Virus record (IMG/VR): IMGVR_UViG_3300044727_000112
DNA from: an uncultured virus (IMG/VR IMGVR_UViG_3300044727_000112)
Lineage: Duplodnaviria > Heunggongvirae > Uroviricota > Caudoviricetes
Direction: 5' to 3' (one strand)
Length of the DNA: 64,000 nucleotides
Positions 52,807 to 63,330 of this stretch are shown piece after piece. How positions within the stretch are numbered: position 1 is the stretch's first letter; each line of letters opens with the position of its first letter. Made by a program: the position numbers and the translations under genes. The notes beneath the pieces were generated by a model, which saw nothing but the letters and a program-made list of their open reading frames with translations, made no database searches and had not been told where the DNA came from.

Positions 52807-53306
52807 CCCTCTAACTCCCGCATGGTCTTGTTTCCACTCACGACCAACTCGCCTTCGCCCTTGTCACCATAGGTCCAAGTCAGATAGGACTTCCAACTGC
52901 GATCGTACCACACCATCCGTTCAATCCGTTCCATGATGATGTAAGACGCTCTATCCTCTACGCCGTCCTTGTCCTTGCCAAAATATTTGTACCGCTTCTT
53001 CACTCGCTTGTCCGTCTGCTCGACCCAGCGGGCGGTCTTGTTTTTGTTCTTGTCCTTGGATGGAGAAACGCCGCTTGTCCTTGGATTAAAAACATTGTTC
53101 CTGACTTGATTATTGGTGATCGATGTCATGATCGAACGCGCAATGTTGGCTACCAGAATCGCCGTATTCAAATCATTCTGTGGCACCCGTGGAATAGCTG
53201 GACGGGTAAAGATCTGCCGATTGAACAGATGCGCCTGCCTGGGACCAAGCGAAGAGTCCGTACTGATTGGACAGGTCGGTGCGACATCGCTGAAATAGAT
53301 CGGCAT
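52803..53306 (-). CDS. putative tail protein, paralog 2
   Basis: APTCPIS...IP...DL...N...NN. Confidence 0.6.
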   Translation of the reverse strand: MPIYFSDVAPTCPISTDSSLGPRQAHLFNRQIFTRPAIPRVPQNDLNTAILVANIARSIMTSITNNQVRNNVFNPRTSGVSPSKDKNKNKTARWVEQTDKRVKKRYKYFGKDKDGVEDRASYIIMERIERMVWYDRSWKSYLTWTYGDKGEGELVVSGNKTMRELEG

Positions 53307-53308
53307 GG

Positions 53309-53764
53309 CTATCCTGGCATCCGTAGACCGGAGCCTTCTCCCTCATAATTGAGCCGGTAGTCGGTATTCTGATTGTAGAAGTAGACGGTCTTGAGACATT
53401 TGATCTCGATGTGCTGATCGTTGTCTGCCGGATTGATCGCCTTCTGCGTGATGTAATCGCGTCCCTCCAGCACCCAGTCAGCCGGCCCGTAGTCCTGGCC
53501 GAACTTCTCGCCCTTCAAGATCACGCCACCGCCACCTGGCGGATGAATATTGTTCACCACCGGTTCGGCACGGTTGATCATGGTGATGATGCTGTTCATG
53601 ATATTGAGCGCCCTGATTGCCGACGCCAGATCGTGCGCGCGCGGGATTTTGTTGACCAAGTCCTGCAGATGTCCTGGTCGCGACCAGGGATCGCCACGCT
53701 GAAACACTCGTGCGCCAGGGATCGGCTGGCCATAAGCGATCGGACAAGAAGGAGCGTCAGTCAT
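53309..53764 (-). CDS. putative tail protein, paralog 1
   Basis: APSCPIA...IP...DL...N...NN. Confidence 0.6.
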   Translation of the reverse strand: MTDAPSCPIAYGQPIPGARVFQRGDPWSRPGHLQDLVNKIPRAHDLASAIRALNIMNSIITMINRAEPVVNNIHPPGGGGVILKGEKFGQDYGPADWVLEGRDYITQKAINPADNDQHIEIKCLKTVYFYNQNTDYRLNYEGEGSGLRMPG

Positions 53765-54024
53765 TTTACAACTCGCAATCGTGGTTCGAAATCCCCCAGC
53801 TCCACCATATGGCGTGGAATTGGCCGAGTATGGAATTCACAAAACACGACCCCCTCAGGAATTACTCGACTAAACGGTACGTAAAACCGAAAGCCGATCG
53901 TCTCGTCGATATCCTGCTCGAGCATTCCGCGGTGGACCTCGTAACGTAGCTCAGACAGCAGCTTCTCGATCCGCTCCCGGCGAAAATTGGTGGTGTCAGT
54001 CATTTGAAACACTCCAATAGCCAC
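53761..54024 (-). CDS. hypothetical protein
   Basis: ATGA overlap downstream; the start may be 54003. Confidence 0.55.
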   Translation of the reverse strand: MAIGVFQMTDTTNFRRERIEKLLSELRYEVHRGMLEQDIDETIGFRFYVPFSRVIPEGVVFCEFHTRPIPRHMVELGDFEPRLRVVK

Positions 54025-54196
54025 TGCGCCAACGATAAGTAACCCTAGTAAAATCAGGAGGATTTATCGGCCCCTCAAAAAGCGTAAGCGCACATAACTT
54101 CGGCCTTAATGCCACTTCAAATACCGGATAACCCCAAGCCAGATTCTTCCCCAACCACGGCCCATCGATGCAAGCTCCTCGGAAAACATCAGACAA
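53996..54196 (-). CDS. hypothetical protein
   Basis: CIDGPW motif; AAGGAG RBS. Confidence 0.5.
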   Translation of the reverse strand: MSDVFRGACIDGPWLGKNLAWGYPVFEVALRPKLCALTLFEGPINPPDFTRVTYRWRSGYWSVSND

Positions 54197-56519
54197 GAGC
54201 GAGCTCCTTCACTGACGTGGCGACTTGCATATTGGACACAGTCACCCGGCCTTCAATCTCGAACTGCCACTGTTCACCTTTTGTCCCGGAGAAGATCCTC
54301 AGCAGTTCGCCGGTGGTACGGATCTCGCGCGTAGTCCACAGTTGACCATCCACATAAACCCGCACGATGCCGTACTGATTGTCTTCCAGAACCAGCTGCG
54401 GGAACGTGACATCCCGTGCCACCTGTGCCGGCGTGGTATCCGGCACCGAGAAGAACAACCGCATGGCTTCGAAATTGCGCCGTGCCATCTGCTGATAAGT
54501 CTTCGATCGCCAGATATAGGGTACGATGATCGGATGCTGGTCAGTGAAATCATAATAATAAATGCCTTCATTCTGCACCAGCAGACAGATGCCGGTCCAG
54601 GCATCGAGCTCGACGTTGAAAATATCGACCTCGTTCGGCGAGCTCAGATTGTTGTAGCCAAGCCTGTGACCACCGGCCTGCGGCCAGATGGTGAAGGAGG
54701 TCTTGTCCTCACTCGAGAGCTCGACCGTGAACCCATCACGGATCGGACCGTCGACATCCTTGGCACCAAAGGCAAAGTAGGACGAGGTGTGCTTGACCGC
54801 TCGGATGCGATGCTGCGGCGCCAGCGCCTGCCACCGCTCTCGGCTGATCCAGCCTTCAGTGGTATTGAGACCAGCACCGGACTGCTGGACCTGGACGAGC
54901 CCGTTCTGACTGACATAGAACACCGCGGTGTCGGTCGGAACGATCGAACCACGATGCAGACACGGCTCCTGCAGATTGATCTTGGTCAACGCCATGGCAG
55001 CCGGATTGACGCCGTTGACCAGATAGGGCGTGCCCTGGGTGCAGACGATGATCGACTGACCTGCCACCCCGATCCCGACGATGGGAAACTCGGTGGTGAT
55101 CACATAACCCGGTGGCCAAGCGTGCGGCCGGTAAGCTTCGCTGAACCAGATTTCGTTAGAGCGGAAGCCCACGGCAATGCCATTAGGGAACGCCAGGATC
55201 GCCTGCAGATCCTCCGGCGGACCGAACCAATACAGCGACACCAGCTGGGCGTTGAGCCCCACCACGTCGTCGCTGATGATGTCGACATAGACTCCCTGGG
55301 TCACAGGGATCTCGGCCACAAGAAAATACGACCCCATGCCGGCCTGGCTCGAGATGGTGCGGTAGATGCGCGTCAGAGTGATATTACGATCGGCCTGTTT
55401 CATCACCGGATTGCCATCGCCATCCAGGATCGGAAGACCATCAACATCCGTGGCCGGATAATCCGCACCCATGTTCTCCGGCATGGGCTGGAACAGAGTG
55501 ATCGTCCAAGTCGCGTTCGACCAACCATTCACTACCACCGGATCGCTGGGCGGTCCTTCCTCGCCATAAGCTGTGACCCAGGTGTAGACATAGCCGCGAG
55601 CTTCGAACACCGACGCGCCCAGGAGATTGCCCCAGATCCGGAAGGTCGGCAGCATGCTGACGCCACCAGCGTTGATCGGATCAGGCGGCGAGTTGCTGTA
55701 GGTCGCAGGATATCCTGCGCTGCGCACTATGTTGTCGACATTTTCCAGGTAGTACGCATTGTCAGTGAAGACGCCAACCCAATACGTGGTGTTGGCAATG
55801 ACCGAAATGGGGTTGGTTAGAACCGACGTCGCCGTCAATTGTGCCGGGTCAATAAGCGTCGACTCTCCAGCACCCAGCAACTCGAATGGCTTGCCATTGA
55901 GATCGCTGTAAATGACCCCCTTGAAGAACGTCGTGCCACCTAAAGTTGGATTGAATGAGACACTCTGAATGAGCATCGACCCTGATGGAACGATCGGTAC
56001 GAACGTGATGTGGTGGCCGGGAACATACTGAAAGCCGGTGCTGGTCGCAGCATCGACCTCCTGAAATCCAATCGGCATGGTGTCGCCACCGCCAGACACC
56101 ACGACACCAGGCGCGCAGCCCGACGCCGGCACGCCCAGGATCCAGTCGTGCTCGTCGTTCATGATACGATCGTAGGTATTGTAGCGCGGCACCGTGCTGG
56201 GCGAGGCCCAGTAAAACCGGTTGAACTGATCCTGCACCACGGGTGAGTGCATGACCGTGGTGTCGGGATCCAGAAATTCCATCCATTTCGAATCGGCAGC
56301 GGTGATCGACGTGTCGTTGGTGACGTTGTTGGGTACACGATAGACAAACTGCGCCGCACTGTTGCGCAACAGGCGCAACAATTTGGGTTGCCGCCAGCCG
56401 GTGAGAGCTCCACTGAACAAATAACAATTGAGCGAATAGTCCGCCTGCCCGTCAGGGAGCAGGCGGCTGTCCCAAGCCGGCAATTGCCCGCCAAATTTGT
56501 CCAGCTTCAGCGCGCTCAT
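54189..56519 (-). CDS. tail tubular protein B / stabilization (nozzle) protein
   Basis: F.G..P...RLLP; YVYTWVTAYGEEGPPS; FSEAYRPHAWP; YVSQNGLV; WRSK. Confidence 0.75.
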   Translation of the reverse strand: MSALKLDKFGGQLPAWDSRLLPDGQADYSLNCYLFSGALTGWRQPKLLRLLRNSAAQFVYRVPNNVTNDTSITAADSKWMEFLDPDTTVMHSPVVQDQFNRFYWASPSTVPRYNTYDRIMNDEHDWILGVPASGCAPGVVVSGGGDTMPIGFQEVDAATSTGFQYVPGHHITFVPIVPSGSMLIQSVSFNPTLGGTTFFKGVIYSDLNGKPFELLGAGESTLIDPAQLTATSVLTNPISVIANTTYWVGVFTDNAYYLENVDNIVRSAGYPATYSNSPPDPINAGGVSMLPTFRIWGNLLGASVFEARGYVYTWVTAYGEEGPPSDPVVVNGWSNATWTITLFQPMPENMGADYPATDVDGLPILDGDGNPVMKQADRNITLTRIYRTISSQAGMGSYFLVAEIPVTQGVYVDIISDDVVGLNAQLVSLYWFGPPEDLQAILAFPNGIAVGFRSNEIWFSEAYRPHAWPPGYVITTEFPIVGIGVAGQSIIVCTQGTPYLVNGVNPAAMALTKINLQEPCLHRGSIVPTDTAVFYVSQNGLVQVQQSGAGLNTTEGWISRERWQALAPQHRIRAVKHTSSYFAFGAKDVDGPIRDGFTVELSSEDKTSFTIWPQAGGHRLGYNNLSSPNEVDIFNVELDAWTGICLLVQNEGIYYYDFTDQHPIIVPYIWRSKTYQQMARRNFEAMRLFFSVPDTTPAQVARDVTFPQLVLEDNQYGIVRVYVDGQLWTTREIRTTGELLRIFSGTKGEQWQFEIEGRVTVSNMQVATSVKELALV

Positions 56520-57001
56520 TTAGGTTTGCTCGTTGGATATTGCTCATTCTGCGCCGGGTTGGGGTGATGCATCGTCTCCATCGACCCCTGGCGAGCACGT
56601 TCTGCTTCTTCCTGCTTGCGCCAGAGCTCACGATTGCGTTCGACCTCATGCTCTGCCCTGGCAACCGCCTCACGACCGGCTTGCTGTTCCATCTCAGTCC
56701 GCTTCTGCTGCTCCGGTGGTATGGGGATCGGCTGATCTTCGATCTTGGGCTCCATCTCCGCACGCAGCTTGCGGATCCGCTCCAATAGCATCTCGCGGGT
56801 CTCACCCTCCTTCACCAGGCCAGCCTGCTGGGTGAGCTCCTGATTCTCAGTCTCCCGGATTGTCTGCTCGCGTGCAGCCTGTTCGAGCTCCGACTCCCGC
56901 CGCGCTGCATCTGCTTGCGCCTGTTGCACCGCAGCTTCATCCTGCATCTTGGCACGCCGCTCTTCGTTATGCTCAATCGAGTCAAGCTTCTTGTTGGCCA
57001 T
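56516..57001 (-). CDS. charged coiled-coil protein
   Basis: GGAGG RBS; E/Q/R-rich. Confidence 0.6.
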   Translation of the reverse strand: MANKKLDSIEHNEERRAKMQDEAAVQQAQADAARRESELEQAAREQTIRETENQELTQQAGLVKEGETREMLLERIRKLRAEMEPKIEDQPIPIPPEQQKRTEMEQQAGREAVARAEHEVERNRELWRKQEEAERARQGSMETMHHPNPAQNEQYPTSKPK

Positions 57002-57011
57002 AGTTTCCTCC

Positions 57012-57404
57012 TTAAGGTGCTATGACAGTAAATTTGACGGTGTCGTGTTTGATATTACCAAGATTGTCGGTCATTGTTAGTGTGACGGTTACGCGCTCGC
57101 CGATTACCCCGCCAGTGAGAGCGAACTCCACATCAGTGCCCAGGATCTTAGGGGTACCAACCGTACAAGTGGTCGAGTTCGACTGCATATCGATCTGTTC
57201 GATCGTTGCCGTGTTTGCCAGCCAACGGTCATATTGGACGGTAAACAGCTTGGTATCGCCTTGAGTGTGCTGCTTGCTGGCTATGCTCATGGTTTCCATC
57301 ACTCTGATCATCCGCCACTCGGGCGGGACTACGATCGTCCGTTGCTCTGGAGCGATCTTCAGGATCCGATCTTCCTCTGGAACTATGAGTACGTCGTCGT
57401 TCAT
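57012..57404 (-). CDS. putative fibre-tail adaptor
   Basis: N-terminal 9-aa VP.E.R repeats; K...D...FTVQY..WL...GG..G beta-sandwich. Confidence 0.5.
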   Translation of the reverse strand: MNDDVLIVPEEDRILKIAPEQRTIVVPPEWRMIRVMETMSIASKQHTQGDTKLFTVQYDRWLANTATIEQIDMQSNSTTCTVGTPKILGTDVEFALTGGVIGERVTVTLTMTDNLGNIKHDTVKFTVIAP

Positions 57405-57799
57405 GCGAAGATCACATCCGCTCGTGCTTGCGTCAGGATGGCATCGGTCACCAGCGAAGTTTTCAACGTAGCCACTTTCTTCTTGTTCAAATTGATGGTC
57501 GGATCGCAGACCACCACGTCCCAGTTCTTGGCGTTACCACCGGTCTGCCGCCACGTCGTTGCAGTCGCCGCGCGATACTCCGCATTGGTAAATCGCCCGA
57601 TGAAATCCGCGCTCGTAGGACTCGTTTTTGGATTGATTGGAATTGTCGCAATAACATTGTTGCCAGCGTCGATCTGCGGCTGGGTCGCACCCGCACCGGG
57701 CACCCAGGTCCAGGTCGCGCGATCATCGGCCTTACCAACGCTCGTGCTGGTGACGGGGCTCACTTCGGCGATGGCGTCGTACAATGTTCCAGCGTCCAT
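57401..57799 (-). CDS. putative tail fibre chaperone
   Basis: DFIGRFTNAEY...LTQARADVI; directly downstream of the fibre gene. Confidence 0.55.
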   Translation of the reverse strand: MDAGTLYDAIAEVSPVTSTSVGKADDRATWTWVPGAGATQPQIDAGNNVIATIPINPKTSPTSADFIGRFTNAEYRAATATTWRQTGGNAKNWDVVVCDPTINLNKKKVATLKTSLVTDAILTQARADVIFA

Positions 57800-57802
57800 C
57801 GC

Positions 57803-59788
57803 CTACATCCTCAACATCGCATTAAGCCCAGTGCGATCTAAACCTGTACCGCTGTATCCATTACCAACGCCGTTACACTGCTCCAACGCAGCGACAAAGT
57901 GAACACCAAGCAACACCGGAAGCGCTGCCACAACCGAGAGACCTCCTCCGTTTGCATCAACAGTTTGAGCGTTAGCACTCACCAGCGCGTTGCTGTCATA
58001 GCCAATACCAAAACGAAGTGAAATTCCCGCACTAGGTGGGTATCCCTGCGCCGTATACGTCGCAAAGATAGCCTCCTCGGGTTGACCGGCCACGTAGTTG
58101 ACACGAAAGGTCGCACTGTTCCCCTCTGCAAACTGATAGACCGCGCCAGTATTAAAAGTCCATGAACCGGTATCAGTGCCAACGTAAGTCGCCACATCAA
58201 CACGGTTGTAGGCGTTCCAGACATTGAAGCTCGCCATTCCACCGCCTGCTGCAACAGTGCCAAAAATCCAATCAATCTGCGACGATGCATTGCTGCGCAC
58301 CGTACCGACATAAGTGCCTCTGCTTGCTGCAGGGCCATTGGTGATCGTCGCATTGTTTAACCAAATGCCGTTCTGTCTAACCAATGCCGTCCCAGCCGAC
58401 CGTGTCGTGTCATTGGTCCAAGCAGGACCACGCGTAAGCCTCACCGTTCCGGCATCATTCCATACGAACAGATCGTAGCAGCTACTGGCAGCAACCGCCG
58501 CCGGACCAGCTTTACCAGTCGATGAAGCCGTGGTGACGTTGGATAATTCGGCAAATGCTGTCGACACCATGTTGGTGCCGTCATACAGCCCGATCTGATT
58601 GCCTACATGTGGAGTGTAAAATATCGTCGTCTTTGCCGACTGCGTCGTCGTCATCACAGACACTGCAGTCTGCAGCGTCAGCCGACCTTGCGGCGGCGAA
58701 ACACCTCCAGCCGCCGATCCCGTTGCTCCCGTTGGCCCGGTCGCTCCTGCTCCACCAGCACTGCCTGCAGCGCCAGTCGGACCCGTTGCCGCCGCACCAG
58801 TAGATCCGGTTGGACCAAGTCCACCTGCAGTACCTTGCGATCCGGTATTGCCTGTCGGCCCGGTTGGCCCTGCTCCACCTGCACTCCCTGCCGTACCCTG
58901 CGAACCAGTATTTCCTGTCGGTCCAGTCGGACCTATCCCGCCTGCTCCACCAGCCGTACCTTGCGATCCAGTATTGCCTGTCGGCCCGGTTGCGCCTGCA
59001 CTGCCAGGAGTGCCAGCCGTACCTTGTGAACCAGTGTTTCCCGTCGGACCTGTTGGCCCTACTCCACCTGCACTTCCTGCCGTACCTTGTGAGCCTGTGT
59101 TTCCTGTCGGTCCTGTTGCACCAACCCCTCCCGGCGTTCCAGCACCGCCTTGCGCACCAGTCGCACCAGTTGGTCCTGCAGAGCCCGCACCTCCTGCACT
59201 ACCCTGTGCGCCTGTTGCTCCAATCGAGCCAGTTGGTCCTGTAGCTCCCGCAGTTCCTGCTCCACCATCTGCTCCTGTTGGTCCTGTTGCCCCCGCTCCG
59301 GTCGGACCGGTTCCCAATGGCCCCGTGCTGCCTGTAGGACCACTACCGGCAAAGCCGGTCGGTCCGGTTGAACCCAGACTACCTGCGGATCCCGAAGCCC
59401 CTGTTGGCCCCGTCGACCCGGTCAAGCTCGCGGTGCCGGCCGGACCAGTCGTGCCCGAAGGTCCGGTTGTGCCAGTCGGTCCGGTCCCGCCGGCCAGGCC
59501 TGCTGTCCCCGACGAACCGGTTGGACCAATCCCACCACTTGGACCAGTTGGCCCCAGCACACCCTCGAGCCCGATCGGCCCGCTTGGTCCGGTCGCTCCA
59601 GTCGGTCCACCAGGATCTCCGGTTGGGCCAGTAGCACCGGTCGAGGTCGCGCTACCTTCCGGGCCAGTCCAACCGGTTGGTCCGGTGCCGCCCGTGGTGC
59701 CACCATACCCCGTTGGTCCAGTCCTGCCAGTGCTTCCGGCAATCACCACCGGAAACGCTCTGATCGGGGCTGCAGGCAAAATTGACAT
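57803..59788 (-). CDS. long collagen-like tail fibre
   Basis: About 340 aa of Gly-X-Y (mostly GPT/GAT), then a PPQGRLTL...YTPHVGN domain. Confidence 0.85.
   Translation of the reverse strand: MSILPAAPIRAFPVVIAGSTGRTGPTGYGGTTGGTGPTGWTGPEGSATSTGATGPTGDPGGPTGATGPSGPIGLEGVLGPTGPSGGIGPTGSSGTAGLAGGTGPTGTTGPSGTTGPAGTASLTGSTGPTGASGSAGSLGSTGPTGFAGSGPTGSTGPLGTGPTGAGATGPTGADGGAGTAGATGPTGSIGATGAQGSAGGAGSAGPTGATGAQGGAGTPGGVGATGPTGNTGSQGTAGSAGGVGPTGPTGNTGSQGTAGTPGSAGATGPTGNTGSQGTAGGAGGIGPTGPTGNTGSQGTAGSAGGAGPTGPTGNTGSQGTAGGLGPTGSTGAAATGPTGAAGSAGGAGATGPTGATGSAAGGVSPPQGRLTLQTAVSVMTTTQSAKTTIFYTPHVGNQIGLYDGTNMVSTAFAELSNVTTASSTGKAGPAAVAASSCYDLFVWNDAGTVRLTRGPAWTNDTTRSAGTALVRQNGIWLNNATITNGPAASRGTYVGTVRSNASSQIDWIFGTVAAGGGMASFNVWNAYNRVDVATYVGTDTGSWTFNTGAVYQFAEGNSATFRVNYVAGQPEEAIFATYTAQGYPPSAGISLRFGIGYDSNALVSANAQTVDANGGGLSVVAALPVLLGVHFVAALEQCNGVGNGYSGTGLDRTGLNAMLRM
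58820..59170 (-). repeat. 54-bp tandem coding repeat ([18 protein letters not shown])
   Basis: Five near-identical 18-aa units. Confidence 0.8.
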
Positions 59789-59789
59789 C

Positions 59790-60533
59790 TTATAGTTCCA
59801 TTAACACGTAGCTGGTATTGCGCACACCGCCACCTGATCCCGCGGTTGTCTTGACCGAAAGATCGAACCAATATTCTCTGACACCAAGATCCGGCTGATC
59901 GGAAACAGGTATAAAATCGACCGTCACAAATCCCATGATCGTAAATCCAATGGTCATCCCTGGAGCTCCAATCTCCTGCGGCTGTCCAATTGCTAGTCCT
60001 TTTACCGGATCCCCTTTGTTTGGAATCTCGCTGTAATTGTGAAACGGAATCTGATCGTAGCGCGCTGTAACAATGACACTGCCGCTACCAGAATTTGTTG
60101 CCGTTCCAGTGACTATGACAAAATAGCGGCCCGAATATCCCGGCGTATAAACGGGAGAGCCGCCGATCATGCGTTCGACAGAATCGACACCCGTAATGAA
60201 GTCATTGTCTACCGGATCGTGCCAAAACTGGAGCCGTGAAGAAGGCTGCAGACCGAATGGTCCGGTCGCCCCGGTCGGTCCTGTTGCCGACACGCCCGGA
60301 TTTCCAGTTGACCCAGTAGGTCCAGTTGCCGTTCCCGCAACACCAGGAGCTCCTGTCGGCCCGGTTACACCACGAGCTCCGGTCGCACCCATAGGTCCGG
60401 TCGCGCCAGTAATCGACACCTCACCTTCCGGCCCAGTTGGGCCAGTTGGTCCGCCAGCCGGACCAGTTGGACCACCCAACACCACCGTTGGCTGGGCCAA
60501 GATAACAGCGCGAATGGTTTTTTCTACCGTCAC
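59790..60533 (-). CDS. collagen-like fibre protein
   Basis: VVLGGPTG start, GXT repeats, beta-rich C-domain. Confidence 0.8.
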   Translation of the reverse strand: MTVEKTIRAVILAQPTVVLGGPTGPAGGPTGPTGPEGEVSITGATGPMGATGARGVTGPTGAPGVAGTATGPTGSTGNPGVSATGPTGATGPFGLQPSSRLQFWHDPVDNDFITGVDSVERMIGGSPVYTPGYSGRYFVIVTGTATNSGSGSVIVTARYDQIPFHNYSEIPNKGDPVKGLAIGQPQEIGAPGMTIGFTIMGFVTVDFIPVSDQPDLGVREYWFDLSVKTTAGSGGGVRNTSYVLMEL

Positions 60534-61223
60534 CTAGAACTCCAAGATCGCTAAACTGATATTCTTGATGGTACCGACACCACCAGACGTTTGCAGATCG
60601 AACCACCGCTCCTCACCCACCTCAAAACCTTGATCCTGGCCCAAGAACGGGCCAGATATCACTGTGAACGGAATGACCTTGTTGAGAGGAACTAAAATCT
60701 CCACACCAGTCCAACTCGATACATTCCCTGGCAAACCAAAACCTTGATCACCAGGATTTGGTGCAGGCGCACTACCAGAAGCTCCACCAATCCAAACCTT
60801 GTCACCAGTCGTTGGAGCCCAAGTCCCGGTGAACATCGTGAACAGCTGACCACTGTGTTGCGCGGTATAAAAAAACTTACAGCCAACATACGCAGCAGGT
60901 GCAGTTACAACGAGCCCCAAACGATTTTCAAAATACGCAGTATGTTCAGCTGGAATCATGACATCCGGCCCCTGCGGACCAGTCGGTCCCACTACCTGAA
61001 AGCCAGTTGGCCCGACTACTCCAGTCGGACCCGTCAACAATGAAGCAAGACCAACAAGACCGTGATATCCAGCAGATCCGACAAAACCCGTCACACCATC
61101 AGCCCCCGTTGCTCCTGTCAGCAACGCGCTGCCACGTATGCCAGTTGGTCCCATCAGACCAGCAGCAATCCCGGTTGGTCCACCAACCACTCGCACTAGA
61201 TTTGCGCGAACAGGAAGCCGCAT
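60534..61223 (-). CDS. collagen-like fibre protein
   Basis: VVGGPTG start; C-domain paralogous to 59790-60533. Confidence 0.8.
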   Translation of the reverse strand: MRLPVRANLVRVVGGPTGIAAGLMGPTGIRGSALLTGATGADGVTGFVGSAGYHGLVGLASLLTGPTGVVGPTGFQVVGPTGPQGPDVMIPAEHTAYFENRLGLVVTAPAAYVGCKFFYTAQHSGQLFTMFTGTWAPTTGDKVWIGGASGSAPAPNPGDQGFGLPGNVSSWTGVEILVPLNKVIPFTVISGPFLGQDQGFEVGEERWFDLQTSGGVGTIKNISLAILEF

Positions 61224-62179
61224 TAGCGAATTCCTATGATGGGTTGTGCGTATTGCGAAAACTGTGACGGCGGCAGCGAATCATTCGGCACCGCTGCATA
61301 GTTCAGTGTGTAGAAATCATTGCTCGTCAAGTCGGGGAAATTGCCGCCATTGAACGTAGCAACATAAGTCACGTTGTGGATCGGCTGCGTCCAGCCAGAA
61401 GAACTACACCTCCAACCCAACGTATGAACGACATAAGTGCCAGGAAATGCTTCGACTCTGATGTCTCCACCAGCCCACAATGCAAGATAATATGGCTTCG
61501 GACTCAGCATGACATCGATCGGAACCTGGGTAACACCTGTCGTCGTCCAATTCATCGGAACGGTTTCCACCAGACAAACCGTCGGATGCATATTCTGATC
61601 GCAATCGTAAATCCCAAGCTTGAAGACGTTCTCAGAACCAACAACTCCAATAGCCATCGCTGTGTAATGTCGCGCAAACGGCACATACACCGGAATCAAG
61701 TAAATGATGTTTGGATCGATGGTCACCTCTGTCAACGGAATGTTGCTGAGTGACGGCATCACAAGAAACGTGTTCGAGTAAGCAAACATCGGAGCCATCG
61801 AACCACAAACATTGCCGCCGCCAAGCGGTCCCACCGGTCCAGCAGAACCGGTTGGTCCAGTCGCAGGACCAGTCACTCCTTGTGGTCCTGCCACCCCTGT
61901 CGGCCCGGTGTCGCCTGTTGGCCCGGTATCACCAGTCGGACCTGAATCTCCCTGCGGACCTACACCAAGCGGTCCTGTCACCCCACCTGGTCCGGTCGGA
62001 CCAGTCGATCCAGCCTGTCCCGCTGGGCCGGTACCCATAACCCCGGTCGGCCCCATCGGTCCGGTCGGCCCGGTTGTCGTCGCAGTTCCCATAGAACCAG
62101 TCGGCCCAGTCGGGCCGCCGGCCGGACCTGTCGGTCCTCCGACCACCACAACTGGTCTGGTCTCTATGATCTTCGGCAC
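61223..62179 (-). CDS. collagen-like fibre protein
   Basis: VVVVGGPTG start; GXT repeats; PFARH/MHPT C-domain. Confidence 0.8.
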   Translation of the reverse strand: MPKIIETRPVVVVGGPTGPAGGPTGPTGSMGTATTTGPTGPMGPTGVMGTGPAGQAGSTGPTGPGGVTGPLGVGPQGDSGPTGDTGPTGDTGPTGVAGPQGVTGPATGPTGSAGPVGPLGGGNVCGSMAPMFAYSNTFLVMPSLSNIPLTEVTIDPNIIYLIPVYVPFARHYTAMAIGVVGSENVFKLGIYDCDQNMHPTVCLVETVPMNWTTTGVTQVPIDVMLSPKPYYLALWAGGDIRVEAFPGTYVVHTLGWRCSSSGWTQPIHNVTYVATFNGGNFPDLTSNDFYTLNYAAVPNDSLPPSQFSQYAQPIIGIR

Positions 62180-62188
62180 TACGACCTC

Positions 62189-63142
62189 CTAGCGAATGCC
62201 AATCCACACAGCAGACGTGCTCAGAACCAAATCGGATTGCGGCACCGATGTCAGGGTTGGAAACGTGCCGTAGGTAAAACTGCCGCGGTAATACATCTGC
62301 TGCGCTTCAAACATCCATCTAGAATTATCGTCGTACTTCCGCCAACCGAGAAGAACAGGAATCATGTCGGTGTCGATCACCGCAAAATATTCGCCCTGAT
62401 CGAGCAAAAACCCAAGATAGTATGGTCTTGCAGCCAGATCCAAATTACAGAAAGCAGACACCTGACCTTGCGGAATCGAATTTATCGCCGCACTACCAAA
62501 GAGCGGAACCGTCGGATGCATATCATCGCCACAATCGTATAGACTCAACCACAGTCTGATAGTCGGATATACAGACTGATATGAATCAACGACGATCTGC
62601 GTACAATGTCTGGCAAAAGGCAAAAACACTGGCGTCAAATAGAGGATGCCAGCCGACAGCTGTCGGTAGGTTTTCTCCCGCGTCCATTTTACAAAAGGAG
62701 TGGTAAGAAAAACTTCAGAATCAGCAAAAAATGGTGCCGCCACCCCACCATAATTTCCCCTGCCAGTTGGCCCGATCCCACCAGTGATCCCAGTTGGAGA
62801 AGCAGGAGCTCCAATTGCTCCCCGTGCTCCGGTCGAACCAGTTGGTCCGGTAACACCAAGTCCACCCCAATCGCCCCACCAACCCGTATTACCCGTCGGC
62901 CCATCAATTTCAAGCGGTCCGGTTGCTCCGAGTGGTCCTGTCGAGCCAGTGAAATGATCCGGTCCCGTCGCCCCGGTAGCCCCCATCTGACCTGTCGGTC
63001 CATGCGGACCAGTCACACCCGTAATCGGCGCTGCTCCTTCCGACCCTGTTGGACCCGTTGCGCCAACCGATCCCGTCGGCCCGCCCAGCACCACAACTGG
63101 CTTGACCATAACTTCAGCAGGATCGATCGACTGCGTAGCCAT
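62189..63142 (-). CDS. collagen-like fibre protein
   Basis: MATQSID...[10 protein letters not shown]-domain paralogous to 61223-62179. Confidence 0.8.
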   Translation of the reverse strand: MATQSIDPAEVMVKPVVVLGGPTGSVGATGPTGSEGAAPITGVTGPHGPTGQMGATGATGPDHFTGSTGPLGATGPLEIDGPTGNTGWWGDWGGLGVTGPTGSTGARGAIGAPASPTGITGGIGPTGRGNYGGVAAPFFADSEVFLTTPFVKWTREKTYRQLSAGILYLTPVFLPFARHCTQIVVDSYQSVYPTIRLWLSLYDCGDDMHPTVPLFGSAAINSIPQGQVSAFCNLDLAARPYYLGFLLDQGEYFAVIDTDMIPVLLGWRKYDDNSRWMFEAQQMYYRGSFTYGTFPTLTSVPQSDLVLSTSAVWIGIR

Positions 63143-63330
63143 CAGACGAAACTCGCCGAGAACGTCTCTGTACCCTTGAGCGAAGCCCAATGCTCGACTG
63201 CAATCTGTGTCACCTGCAGCACCGGCAGGCCTGGAGCCCAATGCTCCACAACAATCTGCGTCACCTGCGCAACAGGCACGCCATCAGCCCACTGCTCCAC
63301 AGCAATCTGAGTATTCTGTGCGTCAGTCAT
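63142..63330 (-). CDS. 62-aa protein with 3x TQI(A/V)VE(Q/H)WA repeat
   Basis: 51-nt tandem repeat; ATGA and TGATG couplings. Confidence 0.7.
   Translation of the reverse strand: MTDAQNTQIAVEQWADGVPVAQVTQIVVEHWAPGLPVLQVTQIAVEHWASLKGTETFSASFV

Noticed and set aside
54225..55820. Long antisense ORFs (also 12943-13833, 29347-30255, 44564-45526, 48840-49673)
   Set aside because: They lie fully opposite well-supported genes, which is expected at high GC3; no recognisable motifs.
58848..59795. Plus-strand PVGPV-repeat ORFs (also 60169-60537 and 61812-62192)
   Set aside because: Antisense shadows of the collagen codons.
57803..63142. Diversity-generating retroelement acting on fibre tips
   Set aside because: No reverse transcriptase and no near-identical template/variable repeat pair differing at adenines; the tip paralogs are deeply diverged.
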